A stretch of DNA of 32,000 bases from Trichlorobacter lovleyi SZ (lineage in GTDB: Bacteria; Desulfobacterota; Desulfuromonadia; Geobacterales; Pseudopelobacteraceae), in the NCBI RefSeq assembly GCF_000020385.1, contig NC_010814.1, positions 1,740,001 to 1,772,000 on the forward strand, written 5' to 3'. Below, piece by piece: positions 7,510-14,459 of this stretch. Position 1 is the stretch's first letter, and each line of letters begins with the position of its first letter. The notes beneath the pieces are model-generated. The model saw nothing but the letters and a program-made list of their open reading frames with translations. It was not told the origin of the DNA and searched no databases. The translations under genes were made by a program, and so were the position numbers.

Positions 7510-8568
7510 ATGTTTGGATTATTTAAAAAGAAAAAAGACCTCGTCGGCATCGATATCGGCTCAAGTTCAGTCAAGCTGGTTCAGCTCTGGCAGACAAGAG
7601 ATGGCTACCAGCTGCTGAATGCGGCGATAATGCCACTACCTCCAGAGGCGATTGTTGATAATAGTCTGATGGATACAGCGGCTGTCGTTGATGCCGTTAA
7701 AAACCTCGTGGCAAGCCTGGGTATAAAGTCAAAGGATGTGGCCTGTTCAATTTCCGGTAATGCGGTGATTATCCGTAAAATAATCTTACCTGTCATGACT
7801 TCCGAAGAACTGGAAGATCAGATCAGCTGGGAGGCGGAACAGTACATCCCCTTTGATATCAAAGATGTGCATATTGACTTCCAGATACTTGGGCAAGATT
7901 CTATCGACCCATCAAAGATTCAGGTCCTCTTGGTAGCCAGCAAAAAAGACATCATTAACGATTATGTTGCTTTATTTAATGACGCTGGTTTAAGTCTGAA
8001 TGTTATGGATGTTGATTCATTTGCGGTTCAAAACGCATTTGAGCTTAATACTGAGGTGAGCGACGAAGTCCGGGCACTGGTAAATGTTGGTGCCGGTGTG
8101 ATGAATATCAATGTTGTTAAGGCGGAAACCTCCCTGTTTACCCGCGATGTGCAGATGGGGGGCAACCAGTACACAGAGGAAATTCAAAAACAGCTTGGGG
8201 TCAGCGCACAGGAAGCCGAAACCATGAAGATGCTGGCTGTAGAACAGCAGGGCGGCCCGCTGGCAGATGTTATTGGTCGGGTAAATGACTCGCTGGCTCA
8301 GGAAATCAGGCGGTCGGTTGATTTCTATAACTCAACTGCTTCAGGCGAGGAACGGATTACCCGTGTCAGCATGTGTGGTGGGTGTTCCAAAATGGCAGGT
8401 TTGAAAGAGGCAGTTGCTGCCAAACTGGGAATGGACGTTGAGTTACTGAATCCTTTTGAGCGGATAAAATACGGTGAGAAGGATTTTGATCCTGAGTACC
8501 TTCAGGAGATCGCTCCCTTGATGGCAGTTGGCGTGGGGTTGGCTATACGGAGGGTTGGGGATAAATGA
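7510..8568 (+). CDS. pilM: Type IV pilus assembly protein PilM (actin-like ATPase fold)
   Basis: N terminus ...LVGIDIGSSSVKLVQL (actin-fold phosphate-1 motif), 352 aa, directly followed by pilNOPQ. Its stop overlaps the pilN ATG (ATGA at 8565-8568). Confidence 0.92.
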   Translation: MFGLFKKKKDLVGIDIGSSSVKLVQLWQTRDGYQLLNAAIMPLPPEAIVDNSLMDTAAVVDAVKNLVASLGIKSKDVACSISGNAVIIRKIILPVMTSEELEDQISWEAEQYIPFDIKDVHIDFQILGQDSIDPSKIQVLLVASKKDIINDYVALFNDAGLSLNVMDVDSFAVQNAFELNTEVSDEVRALVNVGAGVMNINVVKAETSLFTRDVQMGGNQYTEEIQKQLGVSAQEAETMKMLAVEQQGGPLADVIGRVNDSLAQEIRRSVDFYNSTASGEERITRVSMCGGCSKMAGLKEAVAAKLGMDVELLNPFERIKYGEKDFDPEYLQEIAPLMAVGVGLAIRRVGDK

Positions 8569-9134
8569 TCAGGATAAACTTACTCCCGGTTCGCGCCGCA
8601 AAAAAGAAAGAGACCGCGCTCCAGCAACTATTCATTCTTGGGGCCAGCGTCGTAGTTGTTTTAGTTGTTGTGGTGGCTCTCTGGCTGGTAAAGCTGGGGC
8701 AGATCTCTGGGACACAGAAAGATATTGCTGAAGCAAATAAACGAATTAGTGAATTAAAAGCCAAAATAGGTAAGCTTAATGAAATTAAAAAGTTAAAAGA
8801 TGAGGTCAAGAAAAAACTTGATGTGCTCACTGAGTTAAGGAAGAACAAAACCGGTCCTGCAACACGCTTGGCTACCTTAAGTGATGTCACTCCTGATCAG
8901 CTCTGGCTTGAGAGCTATAAGGAGGCTGGCTCTGACATCAGGATTAGTGGACTGGCGTATAATGAAGAACTGATAGCTCAATTTATACGTGCATTGGAAG
9001 CTTCGTCCGAGTATGAGAAGGTAGATCTTGTTGTGTCTGAACAAAAAGATGTTAGTGGCACCAAGTTAAAGCGTTTTGATCTGACATTTCGGATAGAATC
9101 AACAAAACCAACCACAGAACCAGTAAAAAAATAA
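8565..9134 (+). CDS. pilN: Type IV pilus assembly protein PilN
   Basis: Conserved N terminus MIRINLLPVR (INLLP motif that binds PilM), one TM helix, a coiled-coil segment, 189 aa, and position between pilM and pilO. Confidence 0.87.
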   Translation: MIRINLLPVRAAKKKETALQQLFILGASVVVVLVVVVALWLVKLGQISGTQKDIAEANKRISELKAKIGKLNEIKKLKDEVKKKLDVLTELRKNKTGPATRLATLSDVTPDQLWLESYKEAGSDIRISGLAYNEELIAQFIRALEASSEYEKVDLVVSEQKDVSGTKLKRFDLTFRIESTKPTTEPVKK

Positions 9135-9167
9135 TACTAAATAACAGACTGGTTAAAGGTACTGGCT

Positions 9168-9773
9168 ATGGATCCCAAAGTTGAACAGCTGCTGAAACTG
9201 CCGAATAAGCAAAAAATTGCCATTTTGGTAGCAGTGGTAGTGCTAGAAGCAGTGGCGCTGGTGTACTTCCTGTATCTGCCCAAACATAAGATGCTGACAG
9301 AGTTAAAGGCTCAACATCAGCAATTACAGGCCGAGGTTGATGAAAATACCAAAATCGCCAATAATCTGCCAAAGATTCAAAAAGAGTATAACGATTTGAA
9401 TCTTGAGCTTGAGAAAGCTTTGACAGAACTGCCCAACTCAAAAGAAATTCCATCGCTTTTAACCAGCATCACAGCCACTGGTAAAAATGCCGGCCTTGAT
9501 TTTCTTGTTTTCAGGCCTAAACCGGAAGTCGTTAAAGATTTTTATGCTGAAGTACCGGTGGATATCACTGTTTCAGGGTCGTACTTCAGTGTTGCCAATT
9601 TTTTTGCCGCAGTAGCCAACCTTCCACGAATTGTCAATATTACCAATGTTGATTTTGCTGAGGTGAGAAGCGTCAATAATCGGATGATGACCAAAGTCAA
9701 TTGTCTTGCTACGACATTCCGGTTCCTTGGCAAGGAAGAGATCAAGAATGACAAGAACAAACCCAAAAAATAG
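9168..9773 (+). CDS. pilO: Type IV pilus assembly protein PilO
   Basis: 201 aa with an N-terminal TM helix (IAILVAVVVLEAVALVYFLYL), a coiled coil, and a C-terminal ferredoxin-like part (EVPVDITVSGSYFSVANFFAAVANLPRIVNI). Position between pilN and pilP. Confidence 0.85.
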   Translation: MDPKVEQLLKLPNKQKIAILVAVVVLEAVALVYFLYLPKHKMLTELKAQHQQLQAEVDENTKIANNLPKIQKEYNDLNLELEKALTELPNSKEIPSLLTSITATGKNAGLDFLVFRPKPEVVKDFYAEVPVDITVSGSYFSVANFFAAVANLPRIVNITNVDFAEVRSVNNRMMTKVNCLATTFRFLGKEEIKNDKNKPKK

Positions 9774-10314
9774 TTTTACTATCATGGGGGGGCTAGTGGC
9801 CCTGCTGGCTGGTCTGATGGTGCTACAGGCCGGTTGTAAAAAGACACCGCCTCCACCGCCACCTCCACCGCCAGCAGTACCTGTTGCTGTTCAGCCAAAG
9901 GTGATTGTGCAGAAAGCTGTCAGTTCAGTTAAAATGGCTCCTGCCCAAACCAACCAGCTTGATTTTAGTACAAAAAAGGACCCGTTCAAGCCCCATATAG
10001 CTGTCAAGGTAGCGACACAGGCTGAGTTGAACAGGCAAAAGCGAGAATTCAGGCCATTACTGCCGTTGCATAGTTTTGATGTCTCTCAGTTCCGTTTGAT
10101 TGGTACTGTTGCTGATCCCAAGGGTAACAAGGCGATGGTGGTTGATCCGGCTGGTAAAGGGTATGTTTTGAAGGTCGGTATGACGATTGGAAAAAACGAG
10201 GGTAAAATCGTCCGAATTGAGACTTCTGGTGTAGATGTTGTTGAGCAGTTTCGTGATGAAAACAACAAAATACGCAAAGAGACAATCCGAATTCCCTTGC
10301 TGCGGAAACCGTAA
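9748..10314 (+). CDS. pilP: Type IV pilus assembly lipoprotein PilP
   Basis: Start chosen at the ATG at 9748 (AAGGAAGAG at 9732-9740), giving MTRTNPKNSFTIMGGLVALLAGLMVLQAGC. This is a signal peptide with Cys, followed by nine consecutive Pro. The C-terminal beta domain FRLIGTVADPKGNKAMVVDPAGKGYVLKVGMTIGKNEGKIVRI is typical of PilP. The track start at 9706 and the ATG at 9784 are alternatives. Confidence 0.78.
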   Translation: MTRTNPKNSFTIMGGLVALLAGLMVLQAGCKKTPPPPPPPPPAVPVAVQPKVIVQKAVSSVKMAPAQTNQLDFSTKKDPFKPHIAVKVATQAELNRQKREFRPLLPLHSFDVSQFRLIGTVADPKGNKAMVVDPAGKGYVLKVGMTIGKNEGKIVRIETSGVDVVEQFRDENNKIRKETIRIPLLRKP

Positions 10315-10326
10315 GGAGTGTTCCCG

Positions 10327-13002
10327 ATGAAATGTATACTTAACATGAAGCCTGTGGTTGCCTTTGCGCTTTGTACTATGCTGACAGTCGGTATGGGGGT
10401 CGGGGCAGGAACGGCCGCAACTGATACGGCACAGAGTGCTTCAGCTCCGGTAACGATTCAGTCTCTGCAGATGAAAGGGGATGGCGCCGGCTCAGAGCTG
10501 ATCATTGCTGCCTCAATGCCTCCAACCTATACCAGCTATAAAACATCTGCTCCACAGCGCTTGGTCGTAGATTTTTCTCAGGCGATACCGGTTGACTCTC
10601 TTTCAGATACTAATTTTGATAAGGGGCCGGTAAAAGGGGTGACCATCAAGCGCTTTGATACTGACGCTGGTGTGTTAACCCGCATGGAAATATTCCTTAC
10701 TCAGGATGTCGACCCGGTTATTACTCCTTCCGTGGATAAAATAGGAGAGTTAAGGATTAGTTTTCCCGGTTTTAAGCCAGATGTTACAGCACCCTCTGCA
10801 AAACAAGAGTCAACAACGGTGGCACAGCCAGAGGCTGCCCTCGCGCCAGTGCTGTCTAAGCCTGAACCCGCAAAAGAAGTAGCACCAAGTACTACTCATG
10901 AAGCCGTTATGCCGGTGATAACTGATGTTGTTGCTCAGGCAGGTGGCATTGCCATTGTGACCCAGACTCCAATTACAGACTATAAAACGTTCCGTTTGAA
11001 TAAGCCTGAACGGGTTGTCGTAGATATTCTCAATGCAAAGTTGAATATGCCTAACAAACTGGTACAACTGAATGTTGCTGGAGTTTCCACAGCTCGTGTC
11101 GGTAGTTACCCGGATAAAGTCAGGGTTGTATTTGATGCAATTAACGGTGCGTTGCCTGAAGCTTCGTTTGACAAGACTCAGACTGGACTCATGGTGCTGT
11201 TTGCTGCCCAAAGCAATGAGAAACAACAACCTGCAGTTGCTGTGGTCACGCAGCCAGAAAAACGTAACGTCGCCATTCCAGTCAAAGAACAGGTAACATC
11301 AGTTCCAAAAGAGGTCGCTTCTAATGCTTCTGCCCAGATGGCAAGTATTGACTTTCAGGTCCTGGGAGATACAAGCCGGGTAACGGTAAAGGTGGTCGGA
11401 TCACCACAAATTGAAGAGCCTGTTAAAAGCTCTGGTTCAGTTTCCTTCAGAATAAAGAATGCGCAACTGTCGCGCGATCTTCAACGTTCACTTGAAGCGC
11501 GTGAGTTTGTCTCGCCGGTTCTGCGGATTACTCCGGTACAGGTGAAGACAAAGACCGGCAATGACATTCTTGTCAGAGTTGCCCTTAAAATGGACAGTGG
11601 ATACGAGTTACGACGTGAGGCTGATCTAGTCTATTTAGATATCAAACATCCTGCAACAATGGCTAAATCAATAGAAACTGCAAAGGGAACAGCAACCCAG
11701 AAGGCTTCGTCAGCTAATGGTTCAAGCGCTCCCAATGCTGGTGACCAGATTGAAAAAGTGGCTGAGCAGGCAGCCCCTGTGTCAGGTAAAGCTCGATACA
11801 ATGGCCGTAAAGTTACGCTTGAATTTGCTGATGCAGAAGTGCGGAAGATATTTCAGCTGTTGTCTGAAGTAAGCAACAAGAACTTTGTTTTGGGTGATGA
11901 AGTAACCGGTACCATCAGCCTCAAATTGGTCAATGTGCCTTGGGACCAAGCACTTGATATTATTCTTGATACCAAGGGCCTTGATAAACGAGAGGAAGGT
12001 ACCATTGTGCTCATCCGAGGCAAGGGTAAGTTTAAATCATTGCTTGACGAAGAGATGGAAATACGCAAGTCCACCTTGAAGAGTGAGCCACTTCAAACCG
12101 CGATGTTCGATGTTAACTATGCAGACCTTGCTAGTATTGTGTCTCAGTTTAATTCTATCAAGACTGACCGTGGCTTGATTACACAAGACCAGCGTACCAA
12201 TAAAGTAATTGTTAAAGATGTTAAGTCTGCTGTTGATGATATGCGCAAAATTCTTGCCAGTCTTGATGTACCTGAAAAGCAGGTTATGATTGAAGCCCGT
12301 ATTGTAGAGGCATCATCGACATTTACCCAATCCTTGGGGGTCAACTGGGGTATCCATTATCGCGACGGTTCAGCAAGTATTGCCGGTATTAACTCAATGG
12401 ATACAAATTTTGGGGGTCTTGCCTCAACTGCGCCTACTTCAAGTGGAGTGAGTGGATCGCCAGGCGCTGCTGCAGGCATTTCGTTTGGTACACTCAGCAG
12501 CAACATCAAGCTTGATCTGCGCCTGAATGCTGCTGTCAGTGCCGGTCTGGTAAGAATTGTCTCCACTCCCCGTGTAGCAACCCTTAACCATAAATCAGCA
12601 AAAATTACGCAAGGGCAGCAGATTCCGTACACCGCTTCTACTTCAGATAAAATTGAAACCAAGTTTGTTGAGGCTGCTCTCGCTCTTGAAGTAACCCCGC
12701 ATATCAACCCGAACGGTACTGTTGTGATGAAGATTGACGCTAAAAACGACTCTCCAGGCTCAACAGGGAACCCACCTGCAATTAACAAAAAACAGGCTAC
12801 TACTGAAATGATGCTGCGAGACGGAGAGACAACGGTCATTGGTGGTATCTTTGTGGAGTCCGAGTCAAACAATGATGACGGCGTACCCTTTTTAGCCGAC
12901 GTGCCATGGCTTGGCGGGCTGTTTAAGTCTAATGAAACAAAACGTAACCGTAACGAGTTACTGATTTTTATTACGCCGAGAATAATTAACTCTAATTCCT
13001 AG
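10327..13002 (+). CDS. pilQ: Type IV pilus secretin PilQ with three AMIN-like N-terminal modules
   Basis: ATG at 10327, 9 nt after AGGAG (10314-10318); the track start at 10318 is a GTG inside the RBS. It has a signal peptide and three AMIN-like repeats (...QRLVVDFSQA, ...ERVVVDILNAKL, ...SVSFRIKNAQL). An N0/secretin-N region follows (VTLEFADAEVRKIFQLLSEVSNKNFVL...VNVPWDQALDIILDTKGL). The C-terminal secretin domain is present (VSTPRVATLNHKSAKITQGQQIPY...GVPFLADVPWLGGLFK...ELLIFITPRII). Confidence 0.93.
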   Translation: MKCILNMKPVVAFALCTMLTVGMGVGAGTAATDTAQSASAPVTIQSLQMKGDGAGSELIIAASMPPTYTSYKTSAPQRLVVDFSQAIPVDSLSDTNFDKGPVKGVTIKRFDTDAGVLTRMEIFLTQDVDPVITPSVDKIGELRISFPGFKPDVTAPSAKQESTTVAQPEAALAPVLSKPEPAKEVAPSTTHEAVMPVITDVVAQAGGIAIVTQTPITDYKTFRLNKPERVVVDILNAKLNMPNKLVQLNVAGVSTARVGSYPDKVRVVFDAINGALPEASFDKTQTGLMVLFAAQSNEKQQPAVAVVTQPEKRNVAIPVKEQVTSVPKEVASNASAQMASIDFQVLGDTSRVTVKVVGSPQIEEPVKSSGSVSFRIKNAQLSRDLQRSLEAREFVSPVLRITPVQVKTKTGNDILVRVALKMDSGYELRREADLVYLDIKHPATMAKSIETAKGTATQKASSANGSSAPNAGDQIEKVAEQAAPVSGKARYNGRKVTLEFADAEVRKIFQLLSEVSNKNFVLGDEVTGTISLKLVNVPWDQALDIILDTKGLDKREEGTIVLIRGKGKFKSLLDEEMEIRKSTLKSEPLQTAMFDVNYADLASIVSQFNSIKTDRGLITQDQRTNKVIVKDVKSAVDDMRKILASLDVPEKQVMIEARIVEASSTFTQSLGVNWGIHYRDGSASIAGINSMDTNFGGLASTAPTSSGVSGSPGAAAGISFGTLSSNIKLDLRLNAAVSAGLVRIVSTPRVATLNHKSAKITQGQQIPYTASTSDKIETKFVEAALALEVTPHINPNGTVVMKIDAKNDSPGSTGNPPAINKKQATTEMMLRDGETTVIGGIFVESESNNDDGVPFLADVPWLGGLFKSNETKRNRNELLIFITPRIINSNS

Positions 13003-13052
13003 CTGCTATCTGTACTCTAGGGTTTGTGAGGTAAACGCGAAAGGAGTGGGGG

Positions 13053-13829
13053 ATGCTGAAAAGTGGATGGAGAGTATTTTTGTCTTGTGTACTGCTGGTA
13101 GTAGTTACTGGCTGCGGTGGTAGCGGCAGTGGTGGCGCAGGGGCTGACTCATCAGCTGGTTCATTGGCATTGGTGGTTGACAAAATCGTTGCAGCTTCAG
13201 GCACTGATACGGTCTCTGCCACCGTGACGCTAACCTCTTTGAATAGCCAGCCAGTGAATGGTGTTACTGTTAACGTTGATATGATTTATAACGGTACCGT
13301 TATTGCCACTTATTCTGGCAATACGAATACTGCTGGCGTTGTGGCAATTCCAGTACCCGTTGGATTGGTGCCTGCTGACCGTACAGTCTATCTGCAGGCC
13401 AAATCAAGCGGTATAACTTCTAGCAGCAGTGTTGCAATTGCAGTAAAGGCGCCGGTGTTGACCGTAACCTTGGCTAATGCCAGTGTAACGGATGTAGCTG
13501 GAGTCACTTTTACTGGTGCTGGTATTAAATTTGCTGATTTTAATGGTAATGGGATAGCCAATACCGCTATTACATTTACCTATACTAGTAACAGTGGATC
13601 TCCAGGCACTCTATCTCATTTAGGAACTCCATTGGCTGTTGGTAATTCATTTACTGTGACAACAGATAGCACTGGTTATGCGACAATTGCACTTGATGGT
13701 GTCATAAATGCAATGCCTCCGTCTGGAAGCTCTGACAGTACTACTTTTAATTACACGGTGTCAGTTGTATATGGTACTTACACCTATACAAAGCAAGGTA
13801 GTGTTTCTGTTACTGTTACTTCTTCTTAA
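13053..13829 (+). CDS. Lipoprotein with two Ig-like (Big_1-like) beta domains, last gene of the pilMNOPQ transcription unit
   Basis: AAGGAG at 13041-13046, ATG at 13053. Canonical lipobox LLVVVTGC followed by a GGSGSGG linker. It is very rich in S/T/V/G/A and poor in charged residues. The stretch DTVSATVTLTSLNSQPVNGVTVNV resembles invasin/intimin-type Big_1 repeats. The gene lies 50 nt after pilQ and 24 nt before the terminator hairpin. Confidence 0.7.
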   Translation: MLKSGWRVFLSCVLLVVVTGCGGSGSGGAGADSSAGSLALVVDKIVAASGTDTVSATVTLTSLNSQPVNGVTVNVDMIYNGTVIATYSGNTNTAGVVAIPVPVGLVPADRTVYLQAKSSGITSSSSVAIAVKAPVLTVTLANASVTDVAGVTFTGAGIKFADFNGNGIANTAITFTYTSNSGSPGTLSHLGTPLAVGNSFTVTTDSTGYATIALDGVINAMPPSGSSDSTTFNYTVSVVYGTYTYTKQGSVSVTVTSS

Positions 13830-13852
13830 AATTAATCTGAATAGTAAGATTC

Positions 13853-13898
13853 AAACAGACAACGCCGATGGAATAAATTTCATCGGCGTTGTCTGTTT
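13853..13898. terminator. Bidirectional intrinsic terminator between convergent operons
   Basis: A perfect 18-bp stem, AAACAGACAACGCCGATG (13853-13870) with CATCGGCGTTGTCTGTTT (13881-13898), and a 10-nt loop. T-rich on the plus strand (GTCTGTTTGG) and, read on the minus strand, followed by TTTGAAT. Confidence 0.8.
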
Positions 13899-13957
13899 GG
13901 GATGCATTAGTACCTATAAGTTTATTAGTGACTTAATGATGTCTGATGTGAATGAAT

Positions 13958-14167
13958 TTAAGCATCAGGTCTTATTCTGACCACCTGGTGGACGCCAGGC
14001 ATGGCGGAAATGATGGATTCTTCCAATGTGTGGGTATCACCAATGACTCCGATGATTGTACGGTCTGCGCCGGTTGACTGGTGGAAATCAAAACCGTTAG
14101 TAACCAAGAATTCCTTTACATGATCCAACGCCTCTTCCGGGGCATTTTTTTTTGTAATAATCAGCAT
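13958..14167 (-). CDS. Stand-alone ferredoxin-like/ACT-type regulatory domain of type I-beta DAH7P synthase (69 aa; orphan domain or 5' remnant of aroF)
   Basis: MLIITKKNAPEEALDHVKEFLVTNGFDFHQSTGADRTIIGVIGDT...VHQVVRIRPDA aligns, from memory, position for position with the N-terminal regulatory domain of Thermotoga-type DAH7PS (MIVVLKPGSTEEDIRKVV...ERTVIGIIGDD...VESVVRVLKPYK). It stops exactly where the linker to the TIM barrel would begin. The ATG overlaps the chorismate mutase stop (ATGCTGA). Confidence 0.6.
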   Translation of the reverse strand: MLIITKKNAPEEALDHVKEFLVTNGFDFHQSTGADRTIIGVIGDTHTLEESIISAMPGVHQVVRIRPDA

Positions 14168-14448
14168 TCTTCCTGTCCCTCCTGCTGGGTCATGATCCGT
14201 TCCAAACGCCGTGATTCATCAATTACCCGCTCAAAAAGCCGTACTATGGCCCCGTCGTCCAATGGACCGGGATTGTCACTCTTCATCCGGGCAAAAATCT
14301 TTTTCTCACGCGCCGGATCATAGACCGGCAGATCCAGCAGCTTTTTGTAATGTCCGATTTCAAGTGCCAATCGCGCACGCTCATTGAAAATCCTGAGCAA
14401 AACATCGTCCAGCAAATCTATACGCATCCTGGTTTCATTGATGTTCAC
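14161..14448 (-). CDS. Chorismate mutase, AroQ class (CM_2)
   Basis: 95 aa. The pattern RMRIDLLDDVLLRIFNERARLALEIGHYKK...PVYDPAREKKIF is typical of AroQ helical-bundle CM. The start is GTG at 14448, preceded by GAGG; the ATG at 14427 is an alternative. It lies 11 nt downstream of the nadB stop. Confidence 0.85.
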   Translation of the reverse strand: MNINETRMRIDLLDDVLLRIFNERARLALEIGHYKKLLDLPVYDPAREKKIFARMKSDNPGPLDDGAIVRLFERVIDESRRLERIMTQQEGQEEC

Positions 14449-14459
14449 TGGTACCTCGC

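Noticed and set aside
12357-12872. A 171-aa antisense ORF inside pilQ. Similar long antisense ORFs lie at 2976-3443, 10810-11229, 20311-20821, 26392-26871, 26944-27465, 28498-28980, 29274-29783 and 29973-30473.
   Set aside because: All lie fully inside well-supported genes on the opposite strand. They have Arg/Ser/Pro/Cys-rich low-complexity translations and no RBS or recognisable motifs. They are typical shadow ORFs.
13941-13966. A short hairpin, CTGATG with CATCAG, around the stop codon of the 69-aa ORF.
   Set aside because: Only 6 bp with a roughly 15-nt loop and no T tract. The strong hairpin at 13853-13898 already explains termination.
13708-13980. A 90-aa plus-strand ORF spanning the end of the lipoprotein gene, the terminator hairpin and the convergent gene end.
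   Set aside because: It runs through an 18-bp perfect terminator stem and overlaps two better-supported genes. Its translation is Leu-rich nonsense.
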